From NCBI RefSeq assembly GCF_000143415.4, contig NW_003314262.1, forward strand, positions 1,291,960 to 1,355,959: a stretch of 64,000 bases of DNA. Direction: 5' to 3'. Below are positions 24,518 through 36,449 of the stretch, in pieces; the first letter of the stretch is position 1, and every line of letters begins with the position of its first letter. Position numbers and translations under genes: made by a program. This stretch comes from Selaginella moellendorffii. Taxonomy: Eukaryota; Plantae; Lycopodiophyta. The notes beneath the pieces were generated by a model that saw only the letters and a program-made list of their open reading frames with translations, ran no database searches and had not been told where the DNA came from.

Positions 24518-24629
24518 TTTCTTTCGCTTGACCACTATATATATAAGCATCCTTCCTTGAGAAGGAATGCTCTCCACAAAATTATTCCACAGAATCAAAA
24601 CATACAGTACAATTTAAAACAAATCATTT

Positions 24630-26516
24630 TCACTCATACTCGATCTTGAAGCCTTTAAACTTGATAGGGTCCAGCCTCCCAACGCCCCTGGGCACCAGCG
24701 TCACGACAATATTCCTGGCATCTTTTATGCCCAGCTGGTCCAGCGTGTCGGATATTCCCAGCCGCAGGTCCGTGGTCCTCATGTGACCAGGCCCGCCGCG
24801 GCGGTCCCCAAAGTGCGGCACGTTGACGAACGTCCCAGCATATTCCGCTACGTTACACGACGTGTTCTCGTCCGCGCCCGGCAGGTTGATGTACACGTCG
24901 AATTTGGTCGCCCTATCGCAGTCGATCTCCACGCCCTGGATCACTAGAACTTCTTCCTCCTCGTCGTCCTCCTCCTCTTCCTTCTTGCCGATCCTCAGCT
25001 TCTCCTTGATCTTGGCGAGGTCCTCCTTGATCGGGCGCTTCACCTTGGATTTGAAGACGTCCTCGAGTTTCTTGACCCTGCCCTCCGTCGCCTCGCCGAA
25101 TTCCTCGATGCCGTCGTCGTCGTCGTCGCCAGCGGCAGCGGCCACGGCAGGAGAATCCACCGCGGCATTGGAGACGAGATTTCTCGCCCCGGCGACGATC
25201 GTCGGCCTGGCACTCGCCCAGGCATTGCCGGTGTCCTGGTAAGAATACCCTAGCTGCTCGGTCGTGAGCGCATCGCGGACTCTCACGCGGACGAGCCGCG
25301 AATTCTCATCGTAGAAGAGGAATTTCGCGTCGAGCCAATCGGTGTCGGTGGGGTCTCTCCTCCTCCCGCCGGGCAGCGTCTTCCACACGACCCAGAGCCG
25401 ATCGATGTTTCCATGGTGCGCGAAGAAGATCGGATCCCTGGCGGCGGAGTAGAGCGTCCCCATGTCCTCGCGATTGGGCGCCGCGGCGCTGCCAGTCCAG
25501 ACGTGCACAGTGCCATGGGGGGCGTTTTCTATGGTTCCTCCGCCAGGGGCATTGGCGTCGCCAGCGCGGTAGGCCTGCCCGAAGAACAAGCTCGGGGTCC
25601 TGGAGCCACTCACGATCTGCTGGAACATCAGGGCATTGTTCTCGGCGCGCTGGGTGGAATCCGGTGGGATCGGCCCACTGTCCTGGCCGGAGTAGTTCAG
25701 ATCCACGAGCCGGGGAGGGAGATGCTGCTGGTTGCGCAGTGAATCGATCAGGGGCGCTTGATTGAGGTAGGCGGAGGGGATCACATTCGCGAGCGGCGAT
25801 CCGGCGGCCTGGTTGTCCCAATTCCAGAATGGAAGCGCGAAGGTGTCATCGCCCAGGAGCTTGCCCAGAATCCTCTCGTGGAAGTAGAGGTACCAGCGAT
25901 GCCAGGGGAGGAAGAGCCACGAATCGTGGATCTGGAGCTCGCTCCGGCTGTTGGCCTGGCGGAAGGAATCGTTGCAGTAGGCGCAGTGGACGTTGGCCTG
26001 CTGGGAGAAGCGGCGGGGATCGCTGGCCGGGAGAGCGCGCATGAGCTGATAGGCGCGGTTGTAGCGGGCGATCTCGTCCGGGCGGAGGAGATGGGCGGGG
26101 CGGCGGAGGCGCTGCGGAAGGCGGGTGTTGTACTGGAAGTCGACGATCGGGCTGGAGTTTGGCGGCGGGCAGCAATTCACTGGCGTCGCGCCGGGGGGGA
26201 GCTCTGCTGGCGAGCACGACGAGATGCTGCCGAGCTCCACCGGATTGGCGAGCGCGCCTGCTGCAGGGAGTGTGGCGGCTGCCCCTCCGCCGATTGATCC
26301 CAGGACGAACTCGCGGCGATTGACGTCGCTGGTTCTTCCGGATCTCCTCGCGTGTTCTTCTCCTTCGTGGACGCATTTGATCGTCGTCGTGCACAGCCTC
26401 TTCCCCGATCGGCCACCGAACTGGATCCGAGCTCGCCCAAGGCGGAGATCAGTGCGAGGATCCCGGTCGAGCGCACTGAGCAGTGAATTGGAGCTCGAAT
26501 TGGTGGCGGCCGCCAT
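24630..26516 (-). CDS. PPO: Polyphenol oxidase (catechol oxidase), plastid/thylakoid targeted
   Basis: Transit peptide plus Tat motif RREFVLG; CuA (HCAYC, HDSWLFLPWHR), CuB (HGTVH, DPIFFAHHGNIDR), DWL and KFDV domains. Intronless. Confidence 0.97.
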   Translation of the reverse strand: MAAATNSSSNSLLSALDRDPRTDLRLGRARIQFGGRSGKRLCTTTIKCVHEGEEHARRSGRTSDVNRREFVLGSIGGGAAATLPAAGALANPVELGSISSCSPAELPPGATPVNCCPPPNSSPIVDFQYNTRLPQRLRRPAHLLRPDEIARYNRAYQLMRALPASDPRRFSQQANVHCAYCNDSFRQANSRSELQIHDSWLFLPWHRWYLYFHERILGKLLGDDTFALPFWNWDNQAAGSPLANVIPSAYLNQAPLIDSLRNQQHLPPRLVDLNYSGQDSGPIPPDSTQRAENNALMFQQIVSGSRTPSLFFGQAYRAGDANAPGGGTIENAPHGTVHVWTGSAAAPNREDMGTLYSAARDPIFFAHHGNIDRLWVVWKTLPGGRRRDPTDTDWLDAKFLFYDENSRLVRVRVRDALTTEQLGYSYQDTGNAWASARPTIVAGARNLVSNAAVDSPAVAAAAGDDDDDGIEEFGEATEGRVKKLEDVFKSKVKRPIKEDLAKIKEKLRIGKKEEEEDDEEEEVLVIQGVEIDCDRATKFDVYINLPGADENTSCNVAEYAGTFVNVPHFGDRRGGPGHMRTTDLRLGISDTLDQLGIKDARNIVVTLVPRGVGRLDPIKFKGFKIEYE

Positions 26517-27263
26517 GGATTCTACTGTTCTATTTTACTACTACCACTACTTTTGAGAGGGCGAGGAAAAGGGGAAAATGATGAGGGCTCCAATTGTTCC
26601 AATCCTCGAAATGTATAGTCGATGATCGTACGGACTCGCTCCAAAAGTCGTACGAGTTGTCAGCAAAGTCATGCTTGATCACGATCGATTTCACGCTACT
26701 CCAAGTTTTTTTACCAGCCTCTCCTCCCGATCATCCTTCCAGATTTGAGCTCTTTTCTTACTGGAGCGCCAGTCAAAACGCACGAGCACAGCCGCAAACG
26801 CGTAGACGTAAAGTGGCAGTATATCTGCCACGTTATGTGTCTATATGTTATTTTGATAGTCTCGTGGTGTCCAATTGGAAGCATGAGACCGATGGATGCA
26901 AAAATGCAAGTTGGATGATCGTTTTCGCCACTGTGGCACGTCGCCATAGCGCTCACTGGCCCGGTCTTATCTTCCTCGGCGGTTTGATGTCTCTGGCCTC
27001 CATGGCATGTGTGACATGTATTGCGAGGGATGAGGTTGTTTCCTTGTTTGCAAGAACTATGTCGTCTCAGTCAATAAAGATACAATGGAAAGAATAAGGT
27101 ATAGAGTTTGAAAACATAGGGAAACAACTAAGAAAGAAAGCTTCTACTATACCTATTTTTTGTACGACTGAAAAATTACATTATCCAAGCCTTTTATGAG
27201 AATCCCTTTTATGGGAAAAATAAGGAGCTGTTATAGGGCTCCTCCCCTAAAGTTAGGGCAAGG

Positions 27264-28719
27264 ATGGCAGAGAAAAGTCCGTTACCATTAGGGCTCACGC
27301 TCCGGAAGACTCCATCGCTGCTGGATCTTGTGTCGCGTTTGATCTCTCCAACGGTTGCTAGGGCTCCGGTTCCTGACAAGGTGAAAGCTTCCAACATCGC
27401 TGCTGTTTCAATCGAGATTGGGAGCTGGAAGGTAATGGCTTTTTGTGCTCTTAGAAAACTTTGAGGGATTTCTCATGAGAGTTGTGATCAGCGTAGTGCC
27501 GCAAATGAGGGAGAAATCGTCGCAAAGTTCTACTATGCAAAACGAAGGTTGATATGGGAAATTCTGGAGAGGGGGCTCATGAACAAGATGGAAATCCAAT
27601 GGGGCGATGTCATAGGGTTGCATGCAAGTTTGTCAGAAGGAACGTTGATCATAGAGGTACCTCCCAATTCATATCAATTTCTCTATCCTTCCTTTTGCCC
27701 TTTTGCCCGTTTCTCATAGATATTTCCTTTAAAAGGTTTCCAAGCCCCCGGTGTTTTACACGGAGCACGATCCACAACCTCGGAAGCACACCGTATGGCA
27801 TCCTGCAGAAGATTTTACGGGTGGCCAAGCAAGTGTTTGTAGGTTGGTCCTTTGTTTTTCCACCAAGTTTTGTGTCATATTAATCGAGCTGGCTCGTTTC
27901 TTTGCAGAGAGCACACTTTGCGATTCGCTTGTGGTGTCCTCAACAAGCACTTTGAGAGGCTTATGAAATATGATGAGCGATTGCGGAGCATTTCGACATT
28001 GCAAACCTTGAATCCCGACCAAGCTACTGATCACCAGCAAATGCCATTAGCTCTTCAAGAACAATCCCGGCCGTTAGTGCAACCCCAGCATCATCAATTG
28101 CAACATTATCATCAACAGCAACAGTGCCAGACCTTGCTACAGCAACAGCAGCAACTAGATCACCAAGCAAGCTGGCCAACTTATGCCCCACTTTTCTCTC
28201 CAGTCTCAGGTTCAGTTTTCCGATTCTCATGATGTTTCTCCTGACCAGAGCCTCGCTTTCGCAGTGATGAATCTGCCATGCATCGACGAGAATCAAGCCA
28301 TGGCAATGGTGGACAACAGAACGATGATGAACAGCGGTGCAAGCTGCTGGTCAGACTACGATTTCGCCGCATCCGCCACTGCGCTCTCAGATTTCCTGGT
28401 CGAAGATCACGTCGCGGGCACGAGCCGGCAGAGCTCAAACCCACAGGTCCACCAAAGCCCAACCAAGGCGTGGCTGGGCGAAGCCGATCTTGAGAGCTTC
28501 ATGATGCGCCCAACAGATCAAGATCACTTCCTGCCGGACCAAAATCAGACATATAGTCCGGTGACAACACAAGCAGCAGCAGCGGTGGAAGCAAATTTTC
28601 CACACCCGCAGATGCCGCCCGAGGAAGTTAGTGTGATTTCAAGAAAGTTTTCTGCAGGGGATTTGCTGGTCAACCTCCCGAGAGTTGCGTCGCTCCCCGA
28701 GTTCTTCAACGTCTTGTAG
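27264..28719 (+). CDS. Uncharacterised plant protein with PH-like domain (TRF2/HOY1-like family), multi-exon
   Basis: SPLPLGLTLRKTPSLLDL, KASN, EIGSW, AKFYYAKRRLIWEILE.GLMNKMEIQW, PQPRKHTVW...DFTGGQAS, C-terminal LPRVASLPEF. Confidence 0.8.
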
Positions 28720-29051
28720 CAGTCAAAGAGAGGGTCAACGAATAAGTGGCCGATTTTTTATCGTTTAACATTACATTTAAATAATACAGTACATTTAACA
28801 TCTGACAAGTTTGAAAGAACGCCAGAAGACCCATCAGTCCATGGTCAATATAGTCAATGTAGTAGAAGACCATAGGCAATCTACTGAAGAAGTCAATGCT
28901 TAATTGACTGACCATTGATTAGTCAACTAGGGCTGGCTCTTCCGAGTGTATGGCATTTGCCGCCACCTTTCCTCTCTCCTGGGCATTAACTGCACCACAT
29001 CGACTCAATAAATGCCGGGACAGGCAGACAGCGCAGCGCAGCTTGCTTAAA

Positions 29052-29088
29052 CACACACACACACAAAGAGAGAGAGAGAGAGAGAGAG
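29052..29088. repeat. (CA)n/(GA)n microsatellite upstream of the LTP gene
   Basis: acacacacacacac followed by about 11 GA units. Confidence 0.9.
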
Positions 29089-29339
29089 CGAGGGAGGTAG
29101 GGCTCTCTCGTTTCACACAAGAAAAGCGAGCTTTTCTTCAAGCTTTGTTCTTCCCAGCTATGGTGGCGATGGCGCAACAAGCCCTGAGGAAGGCGATGGA
29201 TCGATAGCGGCGCCGGCGAATGGCGCGAGGGGGATGTAGATGTGATGGAATAGGAACGCCGCTAGATTTCTAGCTAGAACAGGGAAAGGGATCGAGATAT
29301 TTCGGACAGGATTGCTGGAAATATCTATCGATCGGTAGG

Positions 29340-30003
29340 ATGAATCGTCGCGCGGCGGTGGCAGTGGCAGCGATCTTGTGCTGCTCGATCTTGCTGCTGC
29401 GCGCGTCGGCGAGCCTGCCGCCAGGGACCGAGTGTATCCCAATCTTGACGGAGCTGGAGCCGTGCTTGCCCTTTGTCCAGTACTCCGGGGAGAAGCCCAC
29501 GGCGGTGTGCTGCTCGGTGCTGCGCGACGTCCACAACAAGAGCGCGCCTTGCCTGTGTCGATTGATCGCCAGTGAGAAGAACCAGCCGCCCACGCCCGGG
29601 ATCAATCTTACCCTCGCCTTCTTGCTGCCGGATGCGTGCCACTTGAAGGTCAATCCGGATCGATGCCCTGGTAGATTTTCCTTCCTTGCCCTCTCCTCGA
29701 TCTTCTTCTTGGATTGGATCGTTTCTTGGTCTCGATTTCCTCTCGAAATATCACTGATTCGATCAATGCAGCTCTCTTGCGCGGAGATCCTTCCTGGTCG
29801 ACGCAGCCGGAGGGAGGTGAGTGGAAAGAATCCTCTCCAGCGTTTAATCCCGTGTTCTTCGCGCAGGGTCCAACAGCGGCACCGCCGACTTGAGCGCTCC
29901 AGTGATCGATCTCAGCAGCTCGGCGGCGGCGGCGTGGCAGCGGCGGCAGCGGTGGTGGAGCTCGGGAGTCGCGGCGGCGGCGTTCGTCGTGCTTCGTGTC
30001 TAG
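29340..30003 (+). CDS. Non-specific lipid transfer protein, probably GPI-anchored (LTPG), 3 exons
   Basis: Signal peptide, 8-Cys motif (C..LEPCLPFV..CC..CLC..LPDAC..C) and hydrophobic C-terminal tail after splicing. Confidence 0.85.
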
Positions 30004-30210
30004 GACATAGATTGGATTGGCGAAAGAGAGCATAGATTTGGTCCAGGGCTTTTGGGATGTGTGCTTTGGAGCTTTGAAGAAATCTTTCCCCCTCTTTTTT
30101 TTCCTTGCCTTGTACCATATTAGGGTTTTCCAAGCGCGAAATGCGATCGATCGGCAGCGATCGCGATCGCGCTCGCCGGGGCCGACGCGGATCCATAGCG
30201 GTATGCCGCG

Positions 30211-31078
30211 GTGGGAATTCCACTCCCAGCGCCAATGCACAAGCTGGTGATCCAGGCGCTGGATTCCGGGCGCCGGGGCGTCGAATCGCTGGCGCGCAGC
30301 CTCTCCTGGCCTGGAAATCTCGATGAGGAGGAGGAAGAATCACCGCACAAGAAGCGCTTTCTTGGAATGTGGATCAAGAACAGCATCGTCAAGCGTAGTA
30401 GTAGCAGTTTAGAGAATTCTCCTTCTTTTCCCGACGATCGACCGCCCTGGGTGAGGCGACCGTCATCAGCATCCCTGGCACTGGCGGATGAGGTTGCCGA
30501 GAAGTCCCTGGTTGGATCTTCGGGATTTATGAGACCTCTGGATCCAATGTGGGTGCTGAGCTCTGGATTTGGGCCGAGATGGGGGAGGCACCACAATGGC
30601 GTCGATCTCGCGGCTCCAATTGGAGAGCCAGTGCTCGCTGCCGATTCCGGGGAAGTAACTTATGCTGGATGGGAGCCTGGTGGCTAGAGGTATGGAAAAA
30701 ATTCTTCTTTGTTCTTCCTGTTCTTGGGGTGGAAAAACTTTAGCCTTGTTGCGAATTCTTTCCTTTCTTGCTCGTTTTCCTTGTTCTTGAGGATGGAAAA
30801 ACGCTCTTTTTGTCCTTCCATTGCGAATTCTTCTTTCTTGTTTCATTGTTTACCTGCATTGGTCTCTCGTTTCATTCTAACTGGTATTCTTTTCTGTAGA
30901 TTACGCACAGAGATGGATGGAAAACTTTGTACGCGCATAATAGCGAGATATTTACATGGGAGGGACGGCAAGTGATGAGAGGAGAATGCATCGCGTCGGT
31001 TGGAGAGACCACTTGCACTGGGAGATCCGGGACAAGTTTGGCCATCCCGTGGATCCCTCCAAATACGTTAACTTGTGA
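30211..31078 (+). pseudogene. Peptidase M23 (LytM-like murein endopeptidase), disrupted
   Basis: SSGFGPRWGRHHNGVDLAAPIGEPVLAADSGEV..GW, YAHNS and HLHWEIR..PVDPSKY. In-frame TAG at 30685-30687, and the HLH motif is out of frame after VGE. Confidence 0.8.
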
Positions 31079-31131
31079 GTCTCGTCCACGATCTCTTCTC
31101 TTTCGTTTCTTCTTTTCTACTTCGAGCTACT

Positions 31132-34100
31132 TCACATTAGTCCAAAGCCTTCGGCGTTATTAATTGCTGTTAACAATCGCTCTTGGAGCTACAGGAAAGA
31201 AAAAAGACACAGAATTGATGAGAAGTTTTGGTGTCATACGAGCGAACGAACCTTTTCTTTAGTTTTGTATTCCGGAAGCAATAGGTGATTGAAGCACGTA
31301 TGCGCGGTTGGAAGCCTCTCACAATCAGGTCCTGGAAATGAGAAAAGAAAAGTTTAAAACTGTGTGTTCCGGAAGGAAAAGCTTTTAGCTATAAACTACA
31401 CCGTTTCGCGAGATGACGAACTGGAGATTCGAGAGGCCCTTGATGGGGGCACGATCGCTGCCAGTTGTGAAGAACAAAAGTTTTCTTTTTTGCTCCTCGG
31501 TGAAAGAATGGACAACCTGTAGATGGCGAATGATTTATTAACTGCGAAGGATGCGTTAAAACTTGTTATTACCTCCCAAAATTCCCGTATAATACGAGAC
31601 TCTTTCGTGTAGCCGTCGTCATACATGGCAACCTTCTCCCTGGAGTGAATCACACTTGAAAGAAGAACAAGAAGAAAAACAAGGGAAGCTTACAATGCCT
31701 CAAAATCAAGCCCGGGGCTGCCGCAAATTAGCTGCTCCAGCTCCACTGGCTGAAAGAGCTGAAAAAAACAAGATGAGATTGTTTAGCAGCTAAACGATCG
31801 AAGCTTTCAAACTTACATCAAGAACTCGCCCCTTGCATAGCCGACGAAATCCTTGAGAGAAGCATTCAAACTGCCTCGCGATGGATTTTCCAAGGTAGTA
31901 CTGCATCAAGAGAAGGTTTTTTACGCACAGAAATTGTGTTTAAGAGAATACACACTCACCTCAACACACAGCTTTACGTACTCGTCCCTGTTTTGCAAGT
32001 TAAGATCAATGTTCTCACCGCCTTCTTTCAGGTTCACCGTGGCTGTCCGCCCAAACATATCTATTTCCGAGATTTGGAACGTTCGTGAATACGTTTCCTG
32101 GAAACTCGATAAAATTTTAAGACACAAACAACGGTTTCTCGTCGCCTGCTTACCTCAACATCACCCGTGAATCTCAACAGATGCTCCAAACCCTTGCCAA
32201 GGTCAGGCTTCACCTGCAAAAACATGGTCTTTAGAGCTTTCCGAGGCCTGAGCTGCCAAACCTGACCCAAGTCGTCCAGAGCTAATGGTTTCCCCAGTAG
32301 TTTTTTGTACACTACGGTCGGGAAGTGTAGATCCAGGATATGACCATTGTAAATGGCCAGTCCCAGAAGAATTCCAACCAATTCAAACTCCGTGTCGAAG
32401 TTTAGTTCGGACGGTGTTGCATTGAACCAGAAACATCGGGCTTCATCGCTGTACGAGAACATTCCATACTGCAGGTATTACAGAAGTTAGGACAAACTAA
32501 AACGGGCCATAAATACCTGTGGATTGAAAAGCTCGCGAACAAGAAGCTGGAAAAACTCTTTTTGTACCCCACCTTCGTCAATTCCCTCCTCCCCCACAAA
32601 CACAACCTGCAAAGGACGGCTTTAAAAAAAACAGGACCAGCTTGAAAGACTTGTGTCACCTTCAAAGGCTTTTTCAAATCACCTAACTGTTCTTGGATCT
32701 GTCAGAAGAAAACACGTATGGAAAGAATTGAAAAATCAGGACACCAAAGATCAAATCAAATTGCTACCTGCACAATTGTGTCCCGAACTAGAAAATCTCG
32801 CCTGACTCTCAGTATTAAATAGGGGCATGTCATGCCAATAAAAACCGAGCGAAGAATCGCATCCTCAAACTCCTCCGTCATCTGAAATATCGAGTCCATC
32901 TGAAGAATTTTACTCTTGCTAGACGGGTCGAAAACAAACGGATACTGGCAAAATGAGAACTGCTGCCTGCGTACAAGACCACTCTATCAGTAGCTACAGT
33001 TGATTGAAACTATACAAACCTTGTTGGATCAACCCAGCGACTAAAATCGTCCTTGAGATTGAAGTCGTCGTTGTTTACAGCATCATTGTAGAAAGCCGAG
33101 TGGCCAATCCGGAGCGAAGATTCATTGACAGAGTCTTTTGTAATGTAAGTAGTCAAGGTAAAAGAAAAGCCAACCACGAAAATGTGCAAGGATACAGATG
33201 AATCCCAGAATTTCTACACCCGAGACGACCATTGTGTTTACTTGTTGAAACTCGTAAAGTTGTATGGTGATAAACTGCTGAATGACAACTACAAGCCGCT
33301 CTAATTGCTTTCCATCGTATCTGTGTGGAGAAACAACGTCAACGAAGGAATGAAAAGGAAAAGAACACATTACTCTTTCAAAGCTGAGAACAAACTGGCC
33401 CTGAAGCTCTGCGGTGCGTCCAAGACCAATCGCCACAGTCTCGAGAGAGTACCGTAGTAATCAGGCTCCATGAAAAGCCTATTCTGATAACACAAAGCCT
33501 CATAAGTCATCACGCGAGAGACGTGACTGGAGTGAGTACCTCAAGCATGATAATAACAGCACGCAAAGATCCCGATGGCCAACTTCCATCTTTGAGAGAG
33601 CGAAGCAACGAAGCCAGCAATTGCTCGTTAGCTTCCATGATCGCGAGATTGACTTCCGGGGCTTCCTGGAAGATAAAAAAGTTTGAAGTCTCGAAAGCTG
33701 CGAGGCGATTGACAAAGTGTACCAGCCTTAGCGCCGAAACGTAGAAGTCCTCGAGAAGCGATAGCTCCATTCCAGCCACTGTGGTCACAGCCAAGAAAAA
33801 AGAAGATGAAAAAACAAGAGGAAGCGTAGAAAAAAGATGGAAGGATCCTTCACCTAAGGAGCTACTAGAATCACTGTTTGGAGGAGTTTTCGAGAGGAAG
33901 CAAGTACTAACAACATCCACGGACGAGAACGCGAACTTGATCGTCTCGATGAGCTCCCGGTACTGCCTCGTCTCTCCGGCCTTTGCGATCGCATCCAGCA
34001 GAGACGCTGGATCCAGAGGAGGATCCACTGTGTGTCAGAAGGAATTTTTTTTTCAAGGATTTCAGATAGTGGAGGAGCGACTGGTTACCATTGCCATACG

Positions 34101-34300
34101 CGACCTTCAGCGCCAATGCTGCTGCTTCGTTCGCAAGCATCCCTCGCTCGCGAAACTCGTCGAAATACCTGCGACCAAGGCGAGGAATCCTCTTAGAAAT
34201 CGCGCGGCGGCGACGCTGCTGCTTACTTCATCACATCCAGGCGGACGTTCTCCTTGCTGCTGCTGCTGCTGCTGCTACTGGTGGTGGAGGCGTCCTCCAT
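31132..34300 (-). CDS. HECT E3 ubiquitin ligase, UBE3A/HECTD2-like, many exons
   Basis: [53 protein letters not shown], catalytic [17 protein letters not shown], and C-terminus NAEGFGLM*. Confidence 0.92.
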
Positions 34301-34836
34301 CGCCGGGCAATCGCGGAGAAGAAGAAGAAGCTCGGCGGGCTAGAAGAGGAGGCATCCCGTCCCTCCTCTGTTCATCACCAATACCCTATGATTTAGAACC
34401 AGGAATCGACCCCAAAACCCAGAGATATTCTTTTTAGAATATACTAAGGATATACTTTAAAGATTGTTTTTGAAATAATTACTGTAGTAATGTCCTACCT
34501 ATTTGATTTCTTCTCCTACTTTCTTACCACCTTTGCTCATGCGAGTGAAGAGAGCGAGGAAGAGCTTTGATCTGATCGAAGATCAAGAAGAGCAACATTG
34601 GAGATGGAAAACAGTGAAAACGTTGTCATTGCAAACATCTCGATCTTGTCCAGCGACAAGTCTTCCTCGACGAAACAAAGGTATGAAGTTGCTTTATTTT
34701 TTCCATACTGATCCCAAACTGATGAAAGTCTCCTGGAATCCCGACCAAGAGTATCCCATCACGATGCCGTTGTCTTTTTCTGGGACACTAGTTCTTTTAA
34801 CATGGCGACGGCTTGTACATCCACACCAGCAAATCA

Positions 34837-36312
34837 ATGGACTTGGGTGTGGCCTTGTTCGTTCTTGGCATCGGCTGGATCACACTATCATTCTTCATTG
34901 GGAGAATTCGATCGTCGAAGCAGCAGCTCCCTCCTCTTCCCCGTTTTTGGAGCGCTCTTCTCCCTCAAGGAGCCACTCCACCACCACTTTGCAAAGATCA
35001 GCAAGAAGTATGGGCCGATTGTCTACCTCAAGATTGGAATGGCCCCGGTCGTGGTGGTGAACGACAACAAAATGGCTGCACAGGTTCTTAAGGCCCATGG
35101 CCTCGAGTTTGCAAGCCGGAGGAAAAACGAGTTCTTCCGGATCGTCAGTCACGACTGGAACGATCTCATCTTGGCCCCCGTCGGTGATAAGTGGAAGATT
35201 ATGAGGAGAATTTGCAGCACACACTTGTTTAACAACAGTATGCTCAAGGCAAGCTCAGGATTCCGGGAGTCGGAGATGAAGCATACAGTCAAGTCCATTA
35301 TTCAGCAGTCCAGGGCAGCGATCCAGCTGCAAGAGGTTTTCAGCGGTCTCTTCTCAATTTCGCTATGTTTGGTTCTTTTCAGCGAGCGGGGGCTGGAAGT
35401 TGTGGATCTCATCCGGAACATAGTCGCTCTAAGCTTGAACTTGAACATTGGACTGCTGTTTCCAGCACTCGACCCCTGGATCTTTATGGAGTCTACAAGA
35501 AACTCAACTCAGAGCTCATGCCTCGCCTGAAGCTCTTGCTGGAAGATCAATCGACAAGCATCGACGCAGGAAAGATCAAGCTGGGGAAGGGTTCGTCCCT
35601 CGAGACTTCACTGACGTTCTTATATCTCTCGAGGACAAGGATAAGTTGCCAGACATCTCCATTTTGGCACTGCTCTCGGTACGTTTTGCCAGCTTCTAGA
35701 TCATGGTCGTGATCTCTCTTTTCTTCCCTGTTGCGACAAGACATGGTTATCGCGGGGCTGGAAACCTCACTAGTGACGCTGGAGTGGACAATGGCGGAGC
35801 TCATAAACCATCCCCGAGTCATGTCCAAGGCTCAAGAGGAGATCGACAATGTTGTAGGGAGAGCTCGCGCGGTGCAAGAATCCGATCTTCCAAACCTTCC
35901 ATACATCGAACCCATTGTCAAGGAATCACTGCGGCCATCCCACTGGGAGCTCCTCGCATGAATCTCAAGCCCGTTAAGTTGGCCGGCTACACCATCCCTG
36001 GCGGCTGCAAGGTTCTCGTCAACATATGGGCCATTGGACGAGATTCCGCTCGCTGGTCCGACTCAGAGGCGTTCCAGCCGGAGCGTTTTCTCGGCTCCAG
36101 CGGCACCATCCCTGTCAACGGGCAGAACTTTGACTGAGATTGACATGGAAGAGCGGACGAGAAGTATGACGATGAAGCTCAATGCTGACTTGCTTGTAAA
36201 TGCGTTCATCAGGGTCGATCAAAATATTAGTGTTGAGAGGTATATTCCATGTTTTATTTATATGTTGATACAACATGTTGTAAAGTTCCAATGGACAAGC
36301 TGGACATGCTAG
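34837..36312 (+). pseudogene. Cytochrome P450 (A-type/CYP71 clan-like) pseudogene
   Basis: TM anchor, LPP hinge, KKYGPIVYLKIG, AGLETS (I-helix), KESLR (ExxR), FQPERF. Several frameshifts, and the FxxGxRxCxG heme loop is absent. Confidence 0.9.
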
Positions 36313-36449
36313 GCACTTTGGGGCCAACACGATTGTCGTGACGATTGTAAGCTAGGCTATAATATTTTTTATTTTCTTGCAATGTCTTGAGTCAACTGTT
36401 ATTGGAGTTTGTAATTTAAAAACATAAGTTTTATAGTAACTAGATTCCA

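Noticed and set aside
24823-26556. Many overlapping ORFs antisense to or frameshifted within PPO
   Set aside because: By-products of high-GC codon usage in the real PPO gene; no independent motifs.
34503-34790. 185-aa ORF upstream of the P450, with possible PPR remnants
   Set aside because: Only weak PPR-like words, and it runs out of frame into the P450 relic; not supportable as a gene.
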